Part shown: one piece after another, positions 9,708 through 21,080 of the stretch
How positions within the stretch are numbered: the stretch's first letter is position 1
Layout: each line of letters starts with the position of its first letter
From: an uncultured delta proteobacterium
GTDB taxonomy: Bacteria; Myxococcota_A; Polyangia; Fen-1088
Direction: 5' to 3'
Length of the DNA stretch: 64,000 nt
NCBI GenBank assembly: GCA_963796685.1
Contig: CAWCMR010000010.1
Coordinates: forward strand, 151,943 to 215,942
The notes under the pieces: model-generated
What the model saw: only the letters and a program-made list of their open reading frames with translations
The model's database searches: none
Told to the model about the DNA's origin: nothing
Program-made: the position numbers and the translations under genes

Positions 9708-11522
9708 ATGACCGTGTTCTTGACGCTGTTCGCGGCCGGGGTGCTCACCATCCTCTTGCCGTGCATTCTTCCCCTGGTGCCCATCGTTCTCGGAGTGAGC
9801 GTGGCGGGCAAGCACAAGGCCCGTCCACTGGTGACGGTGACCGGCATGGTGGTGAGCTTCGTCGTCTTCACCTTCCTCCTGCAGGTCGTCTTGCGCCAAC
9901 TGGTCCACCTGGCCGTCATCATGCGCATCGCGACCTACTACGCCCTGTTTCTCTTCGGCATTTGCTTCCTGTTCAGCCGCACCTACGTGCAAATCGCGCT
10001 GGCCGCTCTTGGCGCCCTTCCGCTCTTCTGGGGACAGGGATGGCCGGCCCTGGTCGTGTCGCCCTTGCTCGGCGTCGCCGCGGTGGCCTTGGGCGGTCGC
10101 GTGGCCACGCGCATTCAACAACTCGGCGCTGACGCCCAGCAAAGCGTGCGCAAGGGGCTTGGCGCCGAGTCGCTCTTGTCCGCCTTGGTCGTCGGGCTTA
10201 CCCTGGGACTGGTTTGGGTGCCGTGCGCGGGGCCCGCGCTTGGTTTCGCGCTGACCCTGGTGCGCGACGAGCCGGGACCACGCGCCCTCTTGGCCTTGTC
10301 GGCCTATGCGATTGGCGCCGCCATGCCGCTCCTGCTCATCGGCTACGGTGGTCAATCGATGGTGCGCTCGGCACGCTGGCTCAATCGCTACAGCGGCCGC
10401 ATCAAGCAAGTCTCGGGCGCGTTGCTCGTGCTCTCGGCGGCAGCGTTGCAGTACAACGTCTTCACCAACGCGCAAACGTGGCTGGCCGATCGCACCGGTT
10501 TCGGCAACCTCGGCTCGCGCATCGAAGGGCGGTTGTTCAGCAAAGCCATGGCCGCTCCCATGTCGCCACAGACAAGCGCCCCGCTGCCCGGCGAGCATCT
10601 GCCCAAGCTGCCCAAGCTGGGCCCCGCGCCCGAGTTTGCCGGCCTCGGTCCCTGGTACAACTCCGCGCCGCTGACCCTGGCCGGCCTGCGGGGCAAGGTC
10701 GTTCTCGTCGATTTTTGGACCTATAGCTGCATCAACTGCCTTCGCACCCTGCCGCACATGCGCGAGCTTTGGGCGAAGTACCACGACCAGCCTTTCGTCA
10801 TCGTGGGCGTGCACGCGCCCGAGTTCGCGTTCGAAAAGAGCCCGGCCAACGTGGCCGACGCCATCAAGCGCCACGGGCTCGACTACCCCATCGCCCAGGA
10901 CAACGATTTCGGCACGTGGAAGGCCTTTGGCAACCACTACTGGCCGGCCAAGTACCTCATCGATGCCCAAGGCGTCCTTCGCTACACCCACTTCGGCGAG
11001 GGCGGAGACGAGGCGACGGATGCGGCCATTCGCAGCTTGCTGGCAGAGATTGGTCACACGACCGGTGGAGCCATGCGTGCCGAGCGCGCAGAGACACCCG
11101 ATCTGCCGATGTCGCCGGAGACCTACCTTGGTCCGCGCGGGTGGACCGCGTTCGCCAACCGCGCGGGCGCGCCCGATGCCCGCCAACATCTCTATATGGC
11201 GCCTGCCAATGTGGCCGCCGACCATTTCGCGCTGGTGGGCGATTGGCAGCTCCTCGGCGACGAGCGCCAGGTCTTGCGCTCGGACACCGGCGAAATCCGC
11301 TACCACGCCCTGGCCAGCCAGGTCAACCTGGTGCTCGGTGTCGAGTCAGGCTCCGGGCCGATCGTGGCCGAGGTGAGCGTGGATGGAAAGCCCACCAAGC
11401 GGCTCACCGTAGACCGCCACGACCTGTACAACCTGTTCACCGGCCCCTATGGCCAGCACGAGATCACGCTCAAGGTGCGAGGGAAGAACTTGGCCGCCTA
11501 CGCCTTTACCTTCGGAGCGTGA
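9708..11522 (+). CDS. dipZ: DipZ-like protein (CcdA/DsbD TM domain, thioredoxin-like redoxin, C-terminal domain)
   Basis: LLPCILP and WVPCAGP TM cysteines; DFWTYSCINC; GVHAPEFAFEK; HFGEG. Confidence 0.88.
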   Translation: MTVFLTLFAAGVLTILLPCILPLVPIVLGVSVAGKHKARPLVTVTGMVVSFVVFTFLLQVVLRQLVHLAVIMRIATYYALFLFGICFLFSRTYVQIALAALGALPLFWGQGWPALVVSPLLGVAAVALGGRVATRIQQLGADAQQSVRKGLGAESLLSALVVGLTLGLVWVPCAGPALGFALTLVRDEPGPRALLALSAYAIGAAMPLLLIGYGGQSMVRSARWLNRYSGRIKQVSGALLVLSAAALQYNVFTNAQTWLADRTGFGNLGSRIEGRLFSKAMAAPMSPQTSAPLPGEHLPKLPKLGPAPEFAGLGPWYNSAPLTLAGLRGKVVLVDFWTYSCINCLRTLPHMRELWAKYHDQPFVIVGVHAPEFAFEKSPANVADAIKRHGLDYPIAQDNDFGTWKAFGNHYWPAKYLIDAQGVLRYTHFGEGGDEATDAAIRSLLAEIGHTTGGAMRAERAETPDLPMSPETYLGPRGWTAFANRAGAPDARQHLYMAPANVAADHFALVGDWQLLGDERQVLRSDTGEIRYHALASQVNLVLGVESGSGPIVAEVSVDGKPTKRLTVDRHDLYNLFTGPYGQHEITLKVRGKNLAAYAFTFGA

Positions 11523-11537
11523 CTGCCCCTCGGCCGG

Positions 11538-14500
11538 CTACGGGGGCAGGTAGATGATGGCCTTACACGATGACGTGCACAGGCCGTCTTGGCCGTTGCC
11601 GGCGCCATCGTCGCACTCCTCGGTCCCGTTGACGATGCTGTCGCCACAGTGTGGCGCCAGCTTGCACTGGGGCGTACACCCGCCGTAGGAGCCGTCGAGA
11701 ATACCGTCGTCGCAGGTCTCGGGTCCGTTGACGATGCCATCGCCGCAGTGGGGGGCGTAGATACAGCCCGGCGCGCAGGCCCCGTAGTCGCCGTTGTTCA
11801 GCGCCGAACCGTCGTCGCATTCCTCGGGTGGCTCGATCAAGCCGTCGCCGCATCCGCCCGGCAGCTTGCACGCCCGCGTGCAATTGGGATCGTCCGACAT
11901 CTGCGGCTCGCACTCTTCGTTGTAGTCGGTCTGGACGATGCCGTCCCCGCACCTGGGCGCGGACGTGCAATCGGGATTGCACGTTCCATAGGTGCCATCG
12001 TTGACGCCGTCGTCGCACTGCTCGCTGCCGTTCGGAATGCCGTCGCCGCAGCGCCCGCCGCGCTTGCAGTTCGACATGCAGCCGCCGTAGGCGACCTTGG
12101 GATCGCTGGTGGTGGCGTTGTCGGGGCCGTCGTCGCACTCTTCGTCGAAGTCGGTCTGCAAGACCCCGTCGCCACAACGCGGGGGCAGCTTGCATCCGGC
12201 GGCGCAGCCATTGGTCGCGCCGTAGTCGTCGTTGTTGGTGCCGTTGTCGCACTCCTCGCCGTCGCTGGTCACGCCATCGCCACAGAAGGGACCCCATTTG
12301 CACTCCGAGGTGCAGCCGTTGTGCGCGGGGTTGTCGTTGGGGCCGGCGCAGCTGGCGGGCACGGGCACCTTGCCGTTGCCGCAGTCGCACTCCTCGTCGC
12401 CGACGATGACGCCGTCGCCACACGTGGGCTCGCATTCGGTCGGGGCGGCGTTGAAGCCGCTCAGGGTGAGCTTGTAGGACGAGCAGGTGGTTTGCCGCTC
12501 GGCCTGGAACACCGCGATTTGGTAGACGTTGCCCGACTTCATGTTGTTGAACTTGGCGGCCGCGGCCGCGTCGAGCGTCACCTTGTCCTCGACCGGCATG
12601 TGGATGCCGCCGATGTCGAGAGCCAGCTTCTTGTTGATGAAGACCCAGACGTCGTCGTCACCGACGAAATCGAGCGTGTAGCTCTTGGTCGAGTCGTACT
12701 TGAACCAATAGCGTACCTCGCTGGTGAAGCTGAAGTTGTGCATGACGACGTTCCCGGCGGCATCCACGTCCTTTGGCCAGGTTCCCTGCGGATCGTAAAG
12801 CGGGGGAATCTGTGCATAGGTCGCGTCGGCGGCCGAAAAGTTGTCGCCGTCGACGGGGAAGAAGAGCGGATCTCCGTCGACCGCCGAGTCGATGAAGCGC
12901 GCACTGTAGGAGCCGTTGCTGGTCGTGCAGCTCCCCGGCAGCATGGTCAGTCCGGCCGCGGTCTTCGTGTCACAGTCGGTCGAGCCGTACTGCGACGTGC
13001 AGGGGATGGGGTCGCCGGTGGTCGGATCGGTTTGTTCGGCCCCTACGTTGCCGCAGTAGTAGGCCGGCTCGGTATTGTACCACTGCGCCCCGTTGGGATC
13101 GTGGCGGTTGACGTACGCCCCCGCATCGCTCTTCCACAGCGTCAGCTTGCCGGACGTCGGGTGGTTCACCCCCGAGGTGTTGTGCCACCACGTCGCGAAG
13201 GAGGTGGTGCTCTGGACGTGAACGGCGCCGCCGGGGCTCGCGGGGTTCGCGTACACGGGTTCTCCATCGCTGCCGAGGTCGGGATTGACCATACCAGGGG
13301 AAGCCGCCGCCGAGCCCGTGACCCCGTTTTCGAAGTCATTACCGTTCGGAGTGACATCCTTGCTGAACTTGAAGTCGCGGTAGAGCGCCGGCACCAACAT
13401 CTTCTCGCCGAGGTCGGGCTGTTTACAGGTCCAGCCGGGTTCCACCTTGCAGTCCTTCGAGCACCCGTCGCCGCTGCCCGCGTTGCCGTCGTCGCAGTCC
13501 TCATTGAGCACGATGCCGTCGCCACACGTCGAGGTGCACGAGTCGCCCTTGCAATCCGGCTCCAATTGGCAGTCTATGGAGCAACCGTCAAAGGGCAGAT
13601 TGTTGCCGTCGTCGCAGCCCTCGGCGCCTTCGATCTTGCCGTCGCCACAGGTGGTGGGGGTGCACTTCGTGCCGTTGCAATTCCAGCCCAGCTCGAGGTG
13701 GCACGTGGCGGAGCAACCGTCGCCGCTCGTCGTGTTGCCGTCGTCGCAACCCTCGACACCCGACTTGACGCCATCCCCGCACTTGGGTGTGCACGGCTTG
13801 CCCACCACGCGACACTGGAAGCCGGTCTCGACGGCCATGCAATCGCCCGAGCAGCCGTCGCCACTGGCGGTGTTGCCGTCGTCGCATTTTTCGCTGCCTT
13901 CGAGAGAGCCGTTGCCGCACTTCGTGACCGGGCATGTACACACCTGGCCCGGCGTGCATACGCAACCCGCGCCCTTGGTCTTGCAGTCGGCGGAGCAGCC
14001 ATCGCCGTCTTGCTGGTTGCCGTCGTCGCAAACCTCGCCGATGGTGGGCTGAACCACCCCGTCTCCGCAGCGCGGGGCCGCCTTGCACGGCTGTCCCGGA
14101 TTCGGGCACACCCAGCCGCCCTCCAGCTTGCACGTGCTGCTGCAGCCGTCGCCACTCTGGGTGTTGCCGTCTTCGCAGTCCTCTCCGGCTTCGATACGCT
14201 TGTTGCCGCACACCGAGTTGCGCACGCAAGGCTGGCCGGCGACGCACAGGTAGGCGGGATCTTGCACGGTGCAGGTGGCGTTGCAGCCATCGTCATCCAC
14301 GGTGTTGCCGTCGTCGCAAACCTCGCCCGGTCCGATCTGCCCGTCCCCACAGACGATGCTCCTGGTGCACTTGCCCTGTTTCGGGCAGGTCCAGTTCTTC
14401 TCGACCTTGCAGGCGCCATTGCAGCCGTCGCCCGGCAACACGTTGCCGTCATCGCACTCCTCGATGCCGTCCTGGTTGTTGATGCCGTCGCCGCAGCCCT

Positions 14501-14789
14501 CGGGGAACTGCGCCACGCAGCCTGCGGTGTTGGTGCCACTGCAGGCCGAGGTCCCAGACGTGCCGCCGCCGGACGGGACCGCTCCGTCGAGCTTGATGGT
14601 GACGCCGCCACCTCCGCTGGTTCCGGAGCTGCCGCCGCCTTTACCCGTTCCAGCCGATCCCCCGGAGCCCTCGATCGCCGCGTTGGTGCAGGCGGTCCCA
14701 GCGAACGCGAGAAACGCCGCCAAGCCCACCCCTGCCAGATGGCCAGAGAACCGACCATGCTCCGAGAGTCTGCTGTGCGCTGTTGTCAT
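11538..14789 (-). CDS. Myxobacterial Cys-rich repeat (DUF4215) lipoprotein with fibro-slime domain
   Basis: Lipobox LAFAGTAC; many CGDG…E-CDDGN…GDGC repeats; HNFSFTSEVRYWF and GDDDVWVFIN…DIGGIH fibro-slime motifs. Confidence 0.9.
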   Translation of the reverse strand: MTTAHSRLSEHGRFSGHLAGVGLAAFLAFAGTACTNAAIEGSGGSAGTGKGGGSSGTSGGGGVTIKLDGAVPSGGGTSGTSACSGTNTAGCVAQFPEGCGDGINNQDGIEECDDGNVLPGDGCNGACKVEKNWTCPKQGKCTRSIVCGDGQIGPGEVCDDGNTVDDDGCNATCTVQDPAYLCVAGQPCVRNSVCGNKRIEAGEDCEDGNTQSGDGCSSTCKLEGGWVCPNPGQPCKAAPRCGDGVVQPTIGEVCDDGNQQDGDGCSADCKTKGAGCVCTPGQVCTCPVTKCGNGSLEGSEKCDDGNTASGDGCSGDCMAVETGFQCRVVGKPCTPKCGDGVKSGVEGCDDGNTTSGDGCSATCHLELGWNCNGTKCTPTTCGDGKIEGAEGCDDGNNLPFDGCSIDCQLEPDCKGDSCTSTCGDGIVLNEDCDDGNAGSGDGCSKDCKVEPGWTCKQPDLGEKMLVPALYRDFKFSKDVTPNGNDFENGVTGSAAASPGMVNPDLGSDGEPVYANPASPGGAVHVQSTTSFATWWHNTSGVNHPTSGKLTLWKSDAGAYVNRHDPNGAQWYNTEPAYYCGNVGAEQTDPTTGDPIPCTSQYGSTDCDTKTAAGLTMLPGSCTTSNGSYSARFIDSAVDGDPLFFPVDGDNFSAADATYAQIPPLYDPQGTWPKDVDAAGNVVMHNFSFTSEVRYWFKYDSTKSYTLDFVGDDDVWVFINKKLALDIGGIHMPVEDKVTLDAAAAAKFNNMKSGNVYQIAVFQAERQTTCSSYKLTLSGFNAAPTECEPTCGDGVIVGDEECDCGNGKVPVPASCAGPNDNPAHNGCTSECKWGPFCGDGVTSDGEECDNGTNNDDYGATNGCAAGCKLPPRCGDGVLQTDFDEECDDGPDNATTSDPKVAYGGCMSNCKRGGRCGDGIPNGSEQCDDGVNDGTYGTCNPDCTSAPRCGDGIVQTDYNEECEPQMSDDPNCTRACKLPGGCGDGLIEPPEECDDGSALNNGDYGACAPGCIYAPHCGDGIVNGPETCDDGILDGSYGGCTPQCKLAPHCGDSIVNGTEECDDGAGNGQDGLCTSSCKAIIYLPP

Positions 14790-15056
14790 TGGGAACACCT
14801 CGTGCACGGGAAGCGAGTACAGAACGGTTTTCACCGTTTGGGGGACAGTATGGCAGTTTTCGAGCGCCTATTGCGCCAAGAATGGGCGTTATCGTGTGAT
14901 CCAAGTAGGGGAAATCCACACCTTCCGACGGTCTTGCTGACGGTCCTGTCTGACTTTCCCGCCTAGGGGCTTGCCGACAGGATCGCCGCCCACACCCGCT
15001 CGACAAAAGGAATTCGGCGTTCGCAAGCTGCAGGAAGTCGTGGCAAAACAGGCGGC

Positions 15057-15905
15057 ATGTCGAGCGTCCAAGTTCTCACGACTCCCGCGTCCATGAGCGC
15101 CTGGTCCGAGGCGGCGCGGTCGCGCGGCGAGCGCATCGCCCTGGTTCCGACCATGGGCGCCTTGCACGCCGGCCATGTGTCGCTGCTGACAGCTGCGCGC
15201 AAGCGCGCCGATCGTGTCGTGCTTTCCATCTTCGTCAATCCGACCCAGTTTGGCCCCCAAGAGGATCTGGCGCGTTATCCTCGCGATCTCGACGGCGATC
15301 TGGCCAAGGCCGCGGGTGCCGGCAGCGACGCGGCCTTCGTGCCCGAGGCCAGGGACATGTACCTGGCCGGCGCCCAGACCTTCGTCGAGGTCCGCGAGGT
15401 GTCGCAGGGCCTGTGCGGGGAGACCCGGCCCGGGCACTTCATCGGGGTGGCCACCGTGGTGTGCAAGCTGTTCAACATCGTTCGACCCCATCTCGCCATC
15501 TTCGGCGAAAAGGACTTCCAGCAGCTCGCGGTCATTCGCCGCATGGTCGCGGATCTGAACATGCCCGTCGACATCGTCGGGCACCCGATCGTGCGCGAGC
15601 CCGACGGACTGGCCATGTCCTCGCGCAACGCCTATTTGTCGCCGTCCGAGCGCGTGCGGGCGCTGGCCATCTCGCAGGGGTTGTCGGCGGCGCGCGACCG
15701 CTTCGTCGCTGGCGAGCGGGACGCCGACGTGCTGGCGAAGGCAGCTCTCGACGTCCTCGAAGATCGCGTGGATCGAGTGGATTACGTCGAGCTCCGCGAC
15801 GTCGATTCCCTGCGTCCGGTGCGCCGGCTGGACCGACTCGCCGTGATCCTTGCTGCGGCCTGGGTTGGCGCAACGAGACTTATCGACAACATGCGTCTTG
15901 AGTGA
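15057..15905 (+). CDS. panC: Pantoate--beta-alanine ligase
   Basis: VPTMGALHAGH, SIFVNPTQF, RPGHF, FGEKDFQQL, GLAMSSRN and RLIDN motifs. Confidence 0.97.
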   Translation: MSSVQVLTTPASMSAWSEAARSRGERIALVPTMGALHAGHVSLLTAARKRADRVVLSIFVNPTQFGPQEDLARYPRDLDGDLAKAAGAGSDAAFVPEARDMYLAGAQTFVEVREVSQGLCGETRPGHFIGVATVVCKLFNIVRPHLAIFGEKDFQQLAVIRRMVADLNMPVDIVGHPIVREPDGLAMSSRNAYLSPSERVRALAISQGLSAARDRFVAGERDADVLAKAALDVLEDRVDRVDYVELRDVDSLRPVRRLDRLAVILAAAWVGATRLIDNMRLE

Positions 15906-15923
15906 AAATCATCCAAGCCCGGG

Positions 15924-15951
15924 TTGACAGGCCGTCTTTCGTGCATAGATT
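15924..15951 (+). promoter_or_regulatory. Sigma-70-type promoter of groESL
   Basis: TTGACA-N16-TAGATT just upstream of the CIRCE element. Confidence 0.6.
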
Positions 15952-15962
15952 GGCGCCTACCA

Positions 15963-15989
15963 TTGGCAGTCACAAAACGAGACTGCCAA
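15963..15989 (+). promoter_or_regulatory. CIRCE-like HrcA operator
   Basis: Perfect inverted repeat TTGGCAGTC-N9-GACTGCCAA (consensus TTAGCACTC-N9-GAGTGCTAA) upstream of groES. Confidence 0.85.
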
Positions 15990-16017
15990 CCAAGACCCAT
16001 CACGGAGGCAAGATTCG

Positions 16018-16315
16018 ATGAAAGTTCGCCCACTTCATGATCGTATATTGGTTCGCCGCGTCGCCGAGGAAGAGAAGACGAAGGGCGGTATCATCATTCC
16101 CGACACCGCCAAGGAAAAGCCCGCCGAGGGCGAGGTCATCGCGGTGGGCGGCGGCAAGCCCAACGACAAGGGCACGGTTCGCGCCCTGGAAGTGAAGAAG
16201 GGCGACCGCGTCCTCTTCGGCAAGTACAGCGGCAACGAGATCAAGATTCGACGGCATCGAGCACATCATCCTGCGCGAGGAAGAAGTGCTGGGCGTGCTC
16301 GAGATCAACAAGTAA
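16018..16315 (+). CDS. groES: Co-chaperonin GroES (apparent +1 frameshift at about 16247)
   Basis: [12 protein letters not shown]…[13 protein letters not shown]; removing one T in AAGATTCGAC gives [24 protein letters not shown]-stop (98 aa). Confidence 0.95.
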
Positions 16316-18022
<1,707 letters not shown>

Positions 18023-18027
18023 AGAGG

Positions 18028-18069
18028 CCCTTCATCCCAGTCTTCTCACCGCGAAGCGGGGGAGAAGGG
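18028..18069. repeat. Degenerate REP-like hairpin
   Basis: CCCTTCATCCCAGTCTTCTCACCGCGAAGCGGGGGAGAAGGG; same architecture as 6741-6797. Confidence 0.45.
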
Positions 18070-18078
18070 GTCGGAATT

Positions 18079-18123
18079 GCCCGTCGTTCGGTGGTCGGTT
18101 GGCCAACCAGCGGCGGGCTTTTT
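18079..18123 (+). terminator. Probable intrinsic terminator after groEL
   Basis: GCCCGTCG…CGGCGGGC stem followed by TTTTT. Confidence 0.6.
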
Positions 18124-18180
18124 CGTACGAGCTCTCGCTCCCTGGCGAAAGCAGCAGCGCGGGGATAATCTCGACTTCCC

Positions 18181-19308
18181 ATGACGGAACGACTCGATTG
18201 CGCGGTCATCGGCGGCGGCGTGGTGGGCCTTGCCATCGCGCGCAAGCTCGCCCTGTGCGGCCGGCAGGTCGTGCTGTTCGAGGCCGAGCGGGCCACGGGG
18301 CTGCACACGAGCTCGCGCAACTCCGAGGTCCTGCACGCGGGCATCTACTACCCGACGGGCTCGCTCAAGGCGCGGATGTGCGTCGAGGGGCGGCGCATGC
18401 TCGAAAGCTACTGCACCCGGCGCGGCATCACCTGGCGGCGCATCGGCAAGATCGTCGTCGCGGTCAACGAAAGAGAGCTACCCAAGCTCGAACAATACAA
18501 GGCCCAGGGCCAAAGCAACGGCCTCGACGATTTGGCGTGGCTCGAGCGCGAACAGGTGCGGACGCTGGAGCCGTCGGTGGTGTGCGTGCGCGCCTTGGCC
18601 TCCCCATCGACCGGCCTGGTCGACAGCCACGGGCTGATGCGGGCGCTGGCCAGCGATGCGCGCGAGGCCGGCTGCGATCTGGTGCTCGGCAGCCCGGTGC
18701 TGGGTGGCGAAGTGGTCCAGGGTGGCAGTGATGCCGGCAGCGATGCCGGCATCGACCTCGACCTCGGCGGCAGCGATCCGGGCCGTTTTCGCTTCCGCAA
18801 CGTGGTGAACGCCGCCGGATTCTCGGCACCGGCGGTGGCGCGCTCGCTGCGCGGCCTCGACGCCCAATTCGTTCCCACGCCGTATTTCGCACGCGGCCAC
18901 TACTTCACGGTCTCCGGCCCTTCGCCGTTCAAGCGACTGATCTATCCCCTGCCCGGGCCGGACGGGCTCGGCATCCACGTCGCCCTCGATCTCGCCGGCA
19001 ATCTGCGCTTCGGCCCGGACGCGATCTGGGTCGATGCGCCCGACTACGCCTTCGATGAAAGTCGCGCGGAGGCCTTCTACCGCGCGATTCGTCGCTACTA
19101 CCCCGGGCTGCCCGACGGCGTGCTTTCGCCTGGCTTCGTGGGCGTGCGACCCAAGCTCGCCCCGGCCGGCTCGGGCTTCGTCGACTTCGTGTTGCAAGGG
19201 CGCGAGCGTCACGACGTGCCGGGGTTGCTCAACCTCTTCGGTATCGACTCGCCCGGCCTCACCTCCTGTCTCGCCATCGCCGAGGAAGTCGCTCGCCGGC
19301 TGGCGTAG
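18181..19308 (+). CDS. FAD-dependent oxidoreductase, LhgO (L-2-hydroxyglutarate oxidase) family
   Basis: VIGGGVVG, TSSRNSEVLHAGIYY, GIHVALD…RFGPD and FGIDSPGLTS motifs. Confidence 0.88.
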   Translation: MTERLDCAVIGGGVVGLAIARKLALCGRQVVLFEAERATGLHTSSRNSEVLHAGIYYPTGSLKARMCVEGRRMLESYCTRRGITWRRIGKIVVAVNERELPKLEQYKAQGQSNGLDDLAWLEREQVRTLEPSVVCVRALASPSTGLVDSHGLMRALASDAREAGCDLVLGSPVLGGEVVQGGSDAGSDAGIDLDLGGSDPGRFRFRNVVNAAGFSAPAVARSLRGLDAQFVPTPYFARGHYFTVSGPSPFKRLIYPLPGPDGLGIHVALDLAGNLRFGPDAIWVDAPDYAFDESRAEAFYRAIRRYYPGLPDGVLSPGFVGVRPKLAPAGSGFVDFVLQGRERHDVPGLLNLFGIDSPGLTSCLAIAEEVARRLA

Positions 19309-19329
19309 CCGATCCACCGGATGTGCCAC

Positions 19330-19430
19330 CTGGGTGGGTGGCGGCTTCGCCCTGCTGGCCGGACACGGACACGGGGACGGCACGTTCGAGCCCAGGGTGG
19401 ACTTTCCCATGCCGGATACCGTGGTCTCAA
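19330..19430 (+). pseudogene. Remnant of a VCBS/FG-GAP repeat gene
   Basis: Orphan frame GGGFALLAGHGHGDGTFEPRVDF resembles the LLGNGDGTF…VDY repeat; no start or gene context. Confidence 0.4.
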
Positions 19431-19469
19431 TCTTAAGTTTCGGCAGATCCCGGTCGATAGAAGGGCTTC

Positions 19470-19844
19470 GTGGAAAAGAGAAAAGCGCTGGTCGTGGACG
19501 ACATGCCGGACCTCCGAGCACTGACCAAGATGATGTTGATGATGCGAGGGTTCGTTGTAGATGAGGCAGTGGACGGCACGGAGGCCCTCAAGCGCATCGA
19601 GAGCGGACAGCACTATGATGTAGTCTTCTCGGACGTGAGCATGCCGAATATGAACGGCTTCGAGTTGCTGAAGCGAGTGCGACGGCACCCCAACTTCAAA
19701 ACCCTCCCAATCGTCATGTTGACCTCCGAACGAAAACAGCAGGACATCGACACCGGGAAGCGTCTTGGATGCACCTATTACATGCTGAAACCCTTTAGCA
19801 AGGAAGAGATTCACAAGGCTCTCGTAGCCGCGCATTTGGAGTAA
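19470..19844 (+). CDS. Single-domain CheY-like response regulator
   Basis: LVVDD, FSDVSMPNMNG, MLTS and KPF motifs. Confidence 0.9.
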   Translation: MEKRKALVVDDMPDLRALTKMMLMMRGFVVDEAVDGTEALKRIESGQHYDVVFSDVSMPNMNGFELLKRVRRHPNFKTLPIVMLTSERKQQDIDTGKRLGCTYYMLKPFSKEEIHKALVAAHLE

Positions 19845-19847
19845 GCA

Positions 19848-21042
19848 ATGCCCGCTCTTTCCGATTCCGCGCCGGACCTGGACCTCTTGCGCTCCGAGCT
19901 CGACGACCGGGTCACGGAGCTTCGAGCAACAGTTCATGGCGTTGGAGCAAGCCCACGGCGAGGGCAAGTCAAACATCGAGGCGCTGCACCTGATCTTGCG
20001 CCAAGCGCATTCGCTCAAGGGCTCCCTGTCCATGGCTGACCGGACAGAAGCTGCGCATGCGGTTCATGCCATGGAAACTGTCTTTGTCGCCCTTCGGGAG
20101 GGACGGCTGGCCGTATCGCCCGAGCTCTTCGACCTCGCCTTTACCTCTTTGGACCAGATCTCGCGTGTAGCAGAACAGGGTGCGCAATCCGACGGGCAGC
20201 TTCGCGAGCTGGCCACCCGGTGGAATTCCGCCAACGATGGAGCCGGTGGCCAGGCGGTGCGTGGGCATGCAAAACTGCCCTTTGACCTTCTGCCAAACGA
20301 GGTGGAAAGACTCCGCGTGGCCATCGCCCAAAGCCACAACCTCTACCTCATCGAGAAGTCCATTCTGAGCACGATCAGCAAGGAGACATACGAGACTCTG
20401 CCGATCTACGAAGACATCACCGGGATTGGTGTGTTGGTCGCACAAAGGCCGGCCTTCGCGGACATCGATCAGAAGCAGCGGGAGGTGGTTCTCCTGCTGC
20501 TTGCGTCTTCGCCGCTTGATGCGCAAGCGATGGGGAGCGAGATCTTCGATCCCACACTGCCGGTGGCTCTCTCTGAAGCAGATAGAATCGCCTACCTTGC
20601 CAAGTTGCTGGCACCGCCACCGGCGAAGGTTGTGCCGAAAGGCATCAGGTGTCTTGTTGTGGAGGACGATTTCACCTCACGCCTCCTGTTGCAAAGATAC
20701 CTGGCGCCACTCGGGGAGACGCATGTCGCAGTGGATGGTGAAGAAGCCTTGGCCGCCGTGAAGATGTCCTTGGAGGATGGCGCGCCCTATCAGCTCATTT
20801 GCCTCGACATCATGATGCCAAAGCTGGACGGACAGGCTGTTTTGAATGACTTGCGTCAGCTCGAGGAAGAACACAGGATCCTGCTTGGTAACGGTGCCAA
20901 AGTGGTCATGACCACTTGTCTGGCAGACAATCGGAACATCATGAATGCCTTTCGCGGGCAATGTGACGCCTACATCGTCAAACCAGTCGAACGGTCCAAA
21001 CTGATGGAGCAGCTCCAGCGGCTCGGTCTGCTGCTCCCTTGA
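19848..21042 (+). CDS. Hpt (CheA P1-like) plus receiver-domain protein (apparent +1 frameshift at about 19921)
   Basis: RQAHSLKG…AHAVHAMET Hpt motif; C-terminal LVVEDD…CLDIMMP…KP; ORF 19848 joins ORF 19936 if GAGCTTC is read as GAGCTC. Confidence 0.82.
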
Positions 21043-21080
21043 AAGCCCGCGCGAACTGCCGACAAGGATGAGGCTGAATC

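Noticed and set aside
11589-14966. Long antisense ORFs (also 8892-11306, 26472-28469, 30302-33541)
   Set aside because: Shadow frames of high-GC genes on the opposite strand; no motifs.
16240-16315. Programmed frameshift or true pseudogene in groES
   Set aside because: No slippery sequence, and it has the same single-base signature as five other genes; a sequencing artefact is more parsimonious.
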